27,253 bases of DNA, taken from the NCBI GenBank assembly GCA_048940645.1, contig JBHLOI010000045.1:1-27253 (forward strand), read 5' to 3'. The notes under the pieces are model-generated. The model did not search any database. It was not told the DNA's origin and saw nothing but the letters and a program-made list of their open reading frames with translations. The first letter of the stretch is position 1. Every line of letters begins with the position of its first letter. Shown piece after piece: positions 19,564 to 27,253 of this stretch. Position numbers and translations under genes: made by a program. The DNA comes from Promethearchaeota archaeon. GTDB lineage: Archaea > Asgardarchaeota > Lokiarchaeia > Sigyniarchaeales > SOKP01.

Positions 19564-20208
19564 TTATTTTTTTCCAGCTTTTAAATGATATGTATAAATT
19601 ATAAATATCGAAAGTACCAAAAATAAACCAATAAATAAAAATGGTTCAAATCCAGGAATTTCGATTCCCTCGAATAATCCTGAGAAAAAGTTGCTTATTG
19701 CATCGGAGATTGCTTGACCTATTGCCTCTGCCACTGCTGAAACTATTTGCGAAAAAACAGTTGTAATCCAAATAGGAACCGCGATTATAATTGCTATAAT
19801 ACCACCAATTACATAACCACAACCCTCAAAACCTCCACCGCCACCACCAATATGTACAGAACTAGATGAAGCCAATCCCCAGATTATACCAACAACTATT
19901 AATACTAAAAAGAATAGTCCAAAGAACACTGGAAAGTAACCATTCCCCGGTAAACCGAATCCCGCCATTACTATGAGTGAAATTAGCAAATCGACGCCTA
20001 TAACTACAACAAAAAAGATTATTACCTTATGGTAAGCTTTAAGTTTTTTTTTAATTGGTGGTGGTGAGACACTAATATCAGGCCTCTTTTCTTGATCAGC
20101 TGAAATTGGTTTAGCTGATTCTACTAGAGCACCACAATGAACACAATAAACATTGTCCTTTTTAGTTGGTTTACCACATTTACTACATATTATTACATCT
20201 TCTGACAT
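19564..20208 (-). CDS. Double zinc-ribbon membrane protein with a C-terminal PGF-CTERM/Loki-CTERM-like sorting signal
   Basis: CSKC...CVHCG at the N-terminus, three TM segments, then IPGFE + TM + KAGKK. ATG 20208 is the likely start (ORF track starts at TTG 20220). Confidence 0.75.
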   Translation of the reverse strand: MSEDVIICSKCGKPTKKDNVYCVHCGALVESAKPISADQEKRPDISVSPPPIKKKLKAYHKVIIFFVVVIGVDLLISLIVMAGFGLPGNGYFPVFFGLFFLVLIVVGIIWGLASSSSVHIGGGGGGFEGCGYVIGGIIAIIIAVPIWITTVFSQIVSAVAEAIGQAISDAISNFFSGLFEGIEIPGFEPFLFIGLFLVLSIFIIYTYHLKAGKK

Positions 20209-20426
20209 AAACAATCCCAATAATGAAAATTATTTAAGGTGCTTGGAATTTCAATTTCTTTTAAATTCAAGGATAAAATAATCTTCATTAAGCAATGCAA
20301 ATATAAAAATATTTATATTAGATTCCAATTCTTTTAATTCTAATAGATCTTTATAACCTATTTTTCATATAATAGACATCATAACCTAAAAAATCTAATG
20401 AATTAGTTTTATGGTGAAATAGATAA

Positions 20427-20867
20427 TTGAATAATAAACAAAAATACGGATTTCTAGAAATTTTAGCTTTAATAAATATTATATTATCAATCATTCTCTT
20501 TTTAATTAATTTATTATTAATTCTTTGGATAAATAACCATATCTCTTTAAACCAAATTGTTTATATAGTATTAGGTATATTTTTGTTATCTTTTGAAATA
20601 TCTAGGCTTATAATATTGTTAAGTTCAGGAATAATATTCTTATGGATTAAAAATATTAAAATATTCCGTAAAGCTTCTATTATAACGTCGTTACTAATTG
20701 GAATCATTTTTGATGCCCTCTTTTTAATTCGGTTTTTAGGACTTGCTTGTTTTGTTCCAGCATTTAGTTTTATAAGTATGCTGTTTATCTATTTTGCATC
20801 TGTCAAGATTATTCTTTTTAAACATAACAATAATCAAGTTAAATCAGAAGAAGAACGCAAATCCTAA
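20427..20867 (+). CDS. Hypothetical four-TM membrane protein
   Basis: 146-aa hydrophobic ORF with a charged tail; no recognised motif. Confidence 0.6.
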   Translation: MNNKQKYGFLEILALINIILSIILFLINLLLILWINNHISLNQIVYIVLGIFLLSFEISRLIILLSSGIIFLWIKNIKIFRKASIITSLLIGIIFDALFLIRFLGLACFVPAFSFISMLFIYFASVKIILFKHNNNQVKSEEERKS

Positions 20868-21785
20868 GATAATTAACCAAATTAACACCCATCCAATAAA
20901 TACAGATATGTATATTATAAAACTAATTTTATTCCTTAAACTTTCATTCTTAATATTCATCGGAATGATTAAAGCTATAATGCTAATAAACATTAAGTGT
21001 GCTGGTTGAATTAGACGCCAGACCACTGAAAAGAGAGATAATCCGTTTGATGTATTACCACTTTGAATCCAATTAGAGACCATTGATAAGAAATATTCTG
21101 GAAAAATTATGTAAGGAATACCAATTAGAATTAACGGTAATAGATAATAAATTAAATCTTTTGCTTTAATCTTTTTAACAATAATGTAGATAATTGGTAT
21201 AATAATTAAGATTACTTTAAACGTAGCAAGAGCAAAAAAAAGTCCAGATAGGTATTTTCTTTTTTTTTCTAATTGAATATATGACTCATATAAAAATAAC
21301 TGAATTACCCAATTTGTGTTATTTAAATACATATCAGCAAAGTATCCGATACTGGAAAATACGAAGAAAATCAGTAAATCTTTTCTATTTTGAACAATCT
21401 TATAGATATTAATTGTGATATATATCATAGAAATGAATCTTAACATATCCCAGATGTAGATTGAAATTTCAAAAGGTATAATATAGAACGGATAAAAGAT
21501 AAAATACCAAAAATAGAGGTATATTGCGTTTCCATTTATTAAAGGGTTTTCTTCATAATAATTAAAAACTCCATTCTGCATTAAATCATAATTTGTTCTA
21601 AAATTTAAATCCCTATTTTTAATTAATAAATCTATAAAAAATATTCCTGATAATTCTTCTTGAAAAAAAGTAAAAATTATCCTAAGAATAATTAAAGCTA
21701 TTGTTATTATTATGATGATAAATATATTTAGTAAAGTATAATGCTGTCTTGTTTCTTTATCAACAGCTAATTTATTTAATTCCAT
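20844..21785 (-). CDS. GT-C fold membrane glycosyltransferase (GT87/DUF2029-like)
   Basis: Polytopic; RDLNF, IYL...FYPF..IP...S.YIW, NNTN, GLFFALATFK resemble GT87 blocks. Confidence 0.6.
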   Translation of the reverse strand: MELNKLAVDKETRQHYTLLNIFIIIIITIALIILRIIFTFFQEELSGIFFIDLLIKNRDLNFRTNYDLMQNGVFNYYEENPLINGNAIYLYFWYFIFYPFYIIPFEISIYIWDMLRFISMIYITINIYKIVQNRKDLLIFFVFSSIGYFADMYLNNTNWVIQLFLYESYIQLEKKRKYLSGLFFALATFKVILIIIPIIYIIVKKIKAKDLIYYLLPLILIGIPYIIFPEYFLSMVSNWIQSGNTSNGLSLFSVVWRLIQPAHLMFISIIALIIPMNIKNESLRNKISFIIYISVFIGWVLIWLIILGFAFFF

Positions 21786-21895
21786 AATTTAATTATAAAA
21801 ATATTATATTATTGAAAAAAAATATTGATAGGAGTGACTGAAATATTTTCAATATTTTTTATTATTTAATTAATGAAAAAGCTCCTGAATAGAGA

Positions 21896-22888
21896 TTAGA
21901 TTTGATAAATTTCATAATTTTTTTTGATTTTTGATTTTAATTGTTCATACCCAATTTTATTGAATTGGCACTCTTTTATACATACTGAACAACCATGATT
22001 TTCTAGAAAATAAGGAAAACATTTCTCGGTTTCTATATGATTAAGTAAATTCTTACCCCGTTTAATTGGAGAATTTCTTATTGCAGAGGTGGGACATTTA
22101 CGAATACATAATCCACACTGTTCGCACCATTTCTCAATCCATTTATGGGGGTTGTCAATTGGGGTAGGAAAATTGTCAATAGTCGTAAAAATTGTGGCGA
22201 TCCGCATTCTTGGACCGTATTTAGGAGTAATTATCAATCCATGACGCCCTTGCCATCCCATCCCCGCCATTTTTGCAAGTGGTGGTGTGAGTACTGCACC
22301 TCCCAAAGGATGTATTGGATGAGCTCCAAATCCTTTTTTTCTTAAATAACTAGCAATCTTATTTACAGCATATCCAAGATCCCTGTATGTCCGATGAACT
22401 TCATGAAATGTGTCATAACTAGGTGCCTTATCTATTTTTTCTTTTTTCATTTCCATTATCAATACAATGCAATTTTCGTATAATATCCCCTTATTTTGAA
22501 AAATAAATTCTGGAGGGAGTTTGCAATAACCTATTGCCCCGATATTTAATGAAGTTATAAATTCTTGTAATTCTTGGAGTTCAGTATCTAAAATTTTTGT
22601 TTTGGGACTTGAAGAATTATTCTTTATATCTTTAAACCCTTTTTGAATTCCTCTTATACTTCCCACCATAACTGGTAGAATCTTAAATCTAAAAAATCTT
22701 GTAGCTTTCCCTGCTATAATATAATTAATTGCTTCTAATGGAATCTCAAATCTTACAGGAGATTCTAAAGTAGATGATATACATTTGTATTTTTGTTTAA
22801 TAGATTCTTCTTCTTCTATTATTTTTATATATCTTGATTTACCTATTTTTATAAGAGCAGCAGTCTTGATGCGGTGTCGAAATCCCAT
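21896..22888 (-). CDS. Cobalamin-binding 2x[4Fe-4S] protein, QueG/reductive dehalogenase-like
   Basis: LAKMAGMGWQGRHGLIITPKYGPRMRIATIFT, CEQCGLCIRKCP and C...GCSVCIKEC. Confidence 0.85.
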   Translation of the reverse strand: MGFRHRIKTAALIKIGKSRYIKIIEEEESIKQKYKCISSTLESPVRFEIPLEAINYIIAGKATRFFRFKILPVMVGSIRGIQKGFKDIKNNSSSPKTKILDTELQELQEFITSLNIGAIGYCKLPPEFIFQNKGILYENCIVLIMEMKKEKIDKAPSYDTFHEVHRTYRDLGYAVNKIASYLRKKGFGAHPIHPLGGAVLTPPLAKMAGMGWQGRHGLIITPKYGPRMRIATIFTTIDNFPTPIDNPHKWIEKWCEQCGLCIRKCPTSAIRNSPIKRGKNLLNHIETEKCFPYFLENHGCSVCIKECQFNKIGYEQLKSKIKKNYEIYQI

Positions 22889-22943
22889 ATTTAAGATAAA
22901 TCCGAATCCCTTAAATATATGCTTATTAATTAAAAAGCTATTT

Positions 22944-23378
22944 CTATTCAGTAAAATGTTTATCTTTTCTTATATAATATTTCTTTATTTCATTGCGAAG
23001 AACAAAATAAATTAAAGCAGTTATAAAAAAGTGAATATTGAGTGGAATGAGATAGTAAATATCAACAATAATTAATATGATCAACCCCAAAATTACTAAG
23101 AAAATAATAGTGAGAGAGATAAAAAACAAGAGAATTATTAATATTTTTGATATAATTTCATTATTTTCTTTAAATGCTTGGAAAATATCAAGCGAGTATC
23201 TAAAGATTAAAATAGCTCCACTCCAAAGTAAAAAAAGTAAAATTAACTGACTATTTGAAATACCAGTAAACATAATTATCATCCAATATATTAAAAAAGT
23301 TATTAACATTGTAAATATTGGATAATATACCTCTTTTTTTCTCCGAGTTATTTTAACTGCTAAATTAATAAGTTTCAT
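22944..23378 (-). CDS. Hypothetical membrane protein (about four TM)
   Basis: 144-aa hydrophobic ORF filling the space between recognised genes. Confidence 0.6.
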   Translation of the reverse strand: MKLINLAVKITRRKKEVYYPIFTMLITFLIYWMIIMFTGISNSQLILLFLLWSGAILIFRYSLDIFQAFKENNEIISKILIILLFFISLTIIFLVILGLIILIIVDIYYLIPLNIHFFITALIYFVLRNEIKKYYIRKDKHFTE

Positions 23379-23489
23379 TAGTTATCTTTAATCTTAAAGA
23401 TATTAAATAAATTTATCATGAATCATATTTAATAGATTTATAATGAACCTTAAAAATCAATAAAAAATTATAATCTACCTTATGCAGTT

Positions 23490-24272
23490 ATGCCGGAGCT
23501 TCCTGAAGTCGAGAGTTTTAAGAATTATTTGGATGGCACATCTTTAAATAAAGTAATAAAAAACGTAAAGATAAGAGATAACAGAGTCCTTAATGTTTCT
23601 GAAACTGCATTAAAAAAAGAATTAACAAATAAGAAATTTATTTGTTCAATTCGTCATGGTAAATATTTATTTGTTAAAATTAATCCAAAGTTTTTAGTTC
23701 TACATTTTGGGATGTCTGGATATTTAGAGTCTTATAATAATGTTAATGAGGAACCTAATCATAGCCGAATTCGATTTAAATTCATTGATGGCACATTTCT
23801 TTCTTATGTTTCTCAAAGAATGTTTGGAAGGGTTGATATATGTGATAATATTGAGAATTATGTAAAAAAAAAGAAATTAGGTCCAGATGCGCTTAATATG
23901 AATTATGAAGAGTTTTTAGATACTCGTAAAAGAAGAACTACTATTAGCAAAACATTTTTAATGAATCAGAATATTATTGCTGGGATTGGAAATATATATT
24001 CCGATGAGATTCTATTCCAATCTAAGATAAATCCTAAAGTCAAAATTAATGAATTGGATGATAAAAAATTAAATGACTTATTTTATAATATAAAAAAAGT
24101 CTTAAAATATGGAATTGAAAAAAAAGGGAATCTAAAAACTTATTCTAGTAAATATCTAATTCCACATCGCCAAAAAGAAGATAAATGCCCTAATTGTGGC
24201 GCTCAGCTTGAAAGATATGAAATCTCGGGGCGACATGGATTTTTTTGTTCCAAATGTCAAAAAATTGATTAA
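23490..24272 (+). CDS. mutM: Fpg/Nei family DNA glycosylase/AP lyase
   Basis: N-terminal PELPEVE, R.GK, HFGMSG, H2TH motif IAGIGNIYSDE, C-terminal CxxC...R...CxxCQ zinc finger. Confidence 0.92.
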   Translation: MPELPEVESFKNYLDGTSLNKVIKNVKIRDNRVLNVSETALKKELTNKKFICSIRHGKYLFVKINPKFLVLHFGMSGYLESYNNVNEEPNHSRIRFKFIDGTFLSYVSQRMFGRVDICDNIENYVKKKKLGPDALNMNYEEFLDTRKRRTTISKTFLMNQNIIAGIGNIYSDEILFQSKINPKVKINELDDKKLNDLFYNIKKVLKYGIEKKGNLKTYSSKYLIPHRQKEDKCPNCGAQLERYEISGRHGFFCSKCQKID

Positions 24273-24329
24273 TAGAATTATTTTTTTACAAAAAAATATA
24301 AGGTTACTTATCATAAGATAAATTGAAAT

Positions 24330-25655
24330 TTGAAAGTTCAAAAGTATGTAAATTTACTAATTCTTTTGTTATTATTTATTCCAATTCCATTTCTACACTT
24401 TTGTGATAATCAAAAAGATACTCTAGATATTTCATCTAATTTGTACTCTACAGAAGAAAATGATTCATGGACAAAAAGATGGAATATTTTAGGTGAAGAT
24501 TGGGCTGATGGTATTGTGATAGATTCTTTTAATAATATTTTTTTATTAGGATGGACTGAAAATAGAGATACAAAAGTCTCTTATAATTTTCTAGCAAAAG
24601 TTAATAATTCAGGAAACTTAGTATGGTTAAACTCATTAGAAAGTTACAATTCATCTTGGTTTTATTATCATACAATTCAAATTGATGAGGATAATAAAAT
24701 CTATCTTGCAGGAAATTTAGAAATTCAAGAAAATCAATATATGATTCTCTCTAAGTATGATAATGAAGGGAAACAAATTTGGAATAAAACGTGGGGTGGT
24801 TATATATTGTACAAAGGCTATGATATGGATATTGATTCAGCTGGCAATATTTATATTGTAGGTACAATAAAAGTGAATCAATCCAATTATAGAGATATGT
24901 ATCTTTTGAAACTTAATAATTCTGGAGTAATGCTATGGAATCACACTTTGGGAGGGGAAGAAACTAGTGAATATTATGCTATAGCTATTGATTTTAATGA
25001 TGATATATATATAGCAGGATCATATTCTTACAATTCGATATTGATGAAGTACAACTCTTCTGGTTATTGCGAGTGGAATTACACATGGAACAATTATCAT
25101 AATGGTCATAGTCTCACAATAGATTCTGGGAACAATATCCTTTTGGTTGACGAAACTGTTTTACAAAAATTAGATCCAAATGGTGCTATATTATGGAATT
25201 ATTCTTTACCAGAAGAAATCTCTTTTACGCCTAGCTTGATTACTAATGCAGTTAATGATATTTTTCTTACTGAAGAAAGGACGATAAAATGTATTGATAA
25301 TTCTTTTTTTTTAGCAACACAGGGTATTTGCTTTGCAGTTTATTTAGAGAAATTCAGTTCGTCAGGAAATTTTTTATGGGAAAAAAGGTGTACTGGGTGT
25401 GGTGACGCTAGATCTTCTGGCATAGCAATAGATTCTATAGGAAATATTTACATTTCAGGAACGTTATGTTCAGAATTTGAATGTACTCAATCTGTTAATG
25501 ACGTTATTTTAATGAAAAATCCTACAGCATTTAAAAGAATATGTATTGAAATATATTATGATTTAATAATACTTATTATTACGCCTCAAGTATTAATTGG
25601 TTTGATAATCATAATTAAATTGATTAGAAGGCGTAAATCATTAATTAGGATTTGA
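24330..25655 (+). CDS. Membrane-anchored beta-propeller (SBBP-like repeat) surface protein
   Basis: Signal peptide; repeats of IAIDS.GNIYI.G and L.KY...G...WN.T.GG; C-terminal TM followed by RRRK. Confidence 0.82.
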   Translation: MKVQKYVNLLILLLLFIPIPFLHFCDNQKDTLDISSNLYSTEENDSWTKRWNILGEDWADGIVIDSFNNIFLLGWTENRDTKVSYNFLAKVNNSGNLVWLNSLESYNSSWFYYHTIQIDEDNKIYLAGNLEIQENQYMILSKYDNEGKQIWNKTWGGYILYKGYDMDIDSAGNIYIVGTIKVNQSNYRDMYLLKLNNSGVMLWNHTLGGEETSEYYAIAIDFNDDIYIAGSYSYNSILMKYNSSGYCEWNYTWNNYHNGHSLTIDSGNNILLVDETVLQKLDPNGAILWNYSLPEEISFTPSLITNAVNDIFLTEERTIKCIDNSFFLATQGICFAVYLEKFSSSGNFLWEKRCTGCGDARSSGIAIDSIGNIYISGTLCSEFECTQSVNDVILMKNPTAFKRICIEIYYDLIILIITPQVLIGLIIIIKLIRRRKSLIRI

Positions 25656-25753
25656 ATTTTATCCGTTGAATTTCTATACATTCTATGAAGAGAACTTCTT
25701 TATAGCAAAAACATTACATTTAAATAGGTAGATTAATATATGTAAATCAGTAA

Positions 25754-25777
25754 TTGACAATAATAAGTTGTTGTCAA
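25754..25777. promoter_or_regulatory. Palindrome upstream of hsp20, candidate operator
   Basis: TTGACAATAA-TAAG-TTGTTGTCAA (9 of 10 arm positions match), 30 bp before the start codon; GGAGGT Shine-Dalgarno at 25797-25802. Confidence 0.5.
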
Positions 25778-25807
25778 AAATAAAATAAAAAAAAATGGAG
25801 GTAAAAA

Positions 25808-26395
25808 ATGATGTCAGATATAGATGAGGTAAAAAAAGTAGATATCAAAGGTGAAGATACGGAAAAGATTAAAGAGGAAGCTGTTGGGAAAGAAGAGAAA
25901 AAAGCTGAAATTCAAGTTAGGGACAATTTTCGACCATTATCCGGTTTTAAAGATATTTATAGGTTTTTTGATGATATTGACCGGTTTTTCATGGATTTTT
26001 GGAGACCAACTCGATTTTGGAATTTTGAGCCATTTATGCTAAATTTGATTGATGATGAAAAATTCTTTAGAAGTCCATTGACAAATATAGTTGATGAAGG
26101 AGACCATTTTAAAATTACTGCTGAATTGCCTGGATTAGAAAAAGGTGATATCGAAATTATAGTTCACGATGGAACTTTAGAAATCAAAGGAGAACAAAAG
26201 AATGAAATTGAAGAAAAGAAAGAAGGGTATGTTAGAAAAGAATATAGCAGTTCAAGTTATCATAGAAGCTTTAAATTACCAGAAAATATAGACGATAATA
26301 AGATCGAGGCAAACTTAGATAAAGGAGTTTTGAAATTAAGTCTACCTAAAATTGAAGAGGAAAAGAAAGAAAAGAAAAAAATAGAAGTTAAATAA
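25808..26395 (+). CDS. Hsp20/alpha-crystallin small heat-shock protein
   Basis: AELPGLEKGDI, LEIKGE, RSFKLPENID...A.LDKGVL.LSLPK, C-terminal IEV (IxI/V). Confidence 0.95.
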   Translation: MMSDIDEVKKVDIKGEDTEKIKEEAVGKEEKKAEIQVRDNFRPLSGFKDIYRFFDDIDRFFMDFWRPTRFWNFEPFMLNLIDDEKFFRSPLTNIVDEGDHFKITAELPGLEKGDIEIIVHDGTLEIKGEQKNEIEEKKEGYVRKEYSSSSYHRSFKLPENIDDNKIEANLDKGVLKLSLPKIEEEKKEKKKIEVK

Positions 26396-26423
26396 TTTTT
26401 TTTTAATTGTTAATATCAATCCT

Positions 26424-26993
26424 TTAGTAAATTTTGAAAATTATATCAGTTAATTCTCTTTTTGGAACATGCATTGTATTATTCTCTTTCCAATATTTAA
26501 AACTGCCATTAAACGTTTCTACTATAGATTCTTCGTCAGGGAATCCTAAACTTATTACGTACTTTATGATATAATGATTAGGAATTGTGAATAGATCACG
26601 AATTTTATCTCTATCTATAGATCCCATCCAACAACTTGCTATTCCGTATTTTATTGCTCCTAATAAAATGTTTTCGATTGCAGCACCAACATCAATATCC
26701 ACATTCCTTTTTATTTTAGTATTACCAAGTACCACGATATAGGCCGTTGGGCGCCTTTTAATTTCAGGTACCTGTTTATCTTCAGGTAAATATGCTGCCC
26801 ATCTTAATAATGGAAATAATTTATCCCTGATTTCTGAATTAGAAATAATTATGTATTCTAATCCCTGAATATTCATTCCTGATGGAGCCATTCGAGCAAA
26901 ATCAACTAACCTTTTTAAAATATCAATAGGAATCGACTTTTGCTTAAATCTTCTGATTGTGCGTCTGCGATATATTAAATCTTCAATATCCAT
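26424..26993 (-). CDS. Nitroreductase family protein
   Basis: RRTIRRF, APSGMNIQ, DVGAAIENILL.A..YGIASCW, LGFP, PKR. Confidence 0.92.
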   Translation of the reverse strand: MDIEDLIYRRRTIRRFKQKSIPIDILKRLVDFARMAPSGMNIQGLEYIIISNSEIRDKLFPLLRWAAYLPEDKQVPEIKRRPTAYIVVLGNTKIKRNVDIDVGAAIENILLGAIKYGIASCWMGSIDRDKIRDLFTIPNHYIIKYVISLGFPDEESIVETFNGSFKYWKENNTMHVPKRELTDIIFKIY

Positions 26994-27053
26994 GTTAATT
27001 TAGTAAGAGTTAATCATACTTAAATAATAGTAATCAGAAGGAAAATCTTCATT

Positions 27054-27253
27054 TCAATTATTCATTGAAGGAATTTTTTTTAATTCGATTAATTGTTTTG
27101 CAATATCATAAAACGCATTTTCGACATTTTGTCCAGTTAAGGCAGAAATTTCAATATATTTAAGATTTAAGGCTTTTGCTAATTTTGTAGCCGTTGAATT
27201 TTTCACTTTTCTTTTATTAACTAAATCAAGTTTATTTCCAAAAATAAACCCTA
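27054..27253 (-). CDS. 5'-truncated Ras-superfamily (Rab-like) small GTPase, C-terminal part
   Basis: Minus strand reads GFIFGNKLDLVNKRKV...LKYIEISALTGQNVENAFYDIAKQLIELKKIPSMNN*, with G4 NKxD and G5 SAL. Not in the ORF track. Confidence 0.88.
   Translation of the reverse strand, partial: GFIFGNKLDLVNKRKVKNSTATKLAKALNLKYIEISALTGQNVENAFYDIAKQLIELKKIPSMNN

Noticed and set aside
20844-20867. 24-bp tail-to-tail overlap of two membrane-protein genes
   Set aside because: Short convergent overlaps are common in compact archaeal genomes.
302-26042. Short 60-97 aa ORFs overlapping larger genes (e.g. 302-517, 1346-1552, 8227-8442, 9294-9509, 13723-14016, 22145-22345, 25851-26042)
   Set aside because: All overlap well-supported CDSs on the opposite strand or in another frame and show no recognisable features.
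1-27253. CRISPR arrays, tRNA/rRNA genes, transposases or integrases
   Set aside because: No regularly spaced repeats, structured GC-rich RNA-sized segments or recombinase motifs were seen by eye.

Overview
Very AT-rich archaeal DNA, most likely Asgard (Lokiarchaeia/Promethearchaeota-like). This inference rests on a Rab-like small GTPase fragment, a giant type-I membrane protein with a longin/roadblock-like tail, an archaeosortase beside an IPGF-CTERM protein, and a QueG/reductive-dehalogenase-like protein. About 25 CDSs cover amino-acid catabolism (tdh/kbl, BKACE, enolase-superfamily enzyme), transport (ABC-2, GPH/MFS, AEC), stress and repair (Fpg, Hsp20, nitroreductase) and the cell envelope. 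No rRNA, tRNA, CRISPR array or transposase was recognised. Two structures are missed by the ORF track. (1) A 33-nt, stop-containing insertion in the 5' part of the GPH/MFS gene (10892-10924) folds into an archaeal bulge-helix-bulge splice motif. Its canonical cut sites restore a 473-aa ORF exactly, so it is a candidate tRNA-endonuclease-type mRNA intron. (2) A decayed copy of the tdh 3' end (2822-3138) and the intact tdh bracket the 1449-aa surface-protein gene like an integration scar. All family calls come from motif recognition by eye, not from database searches.
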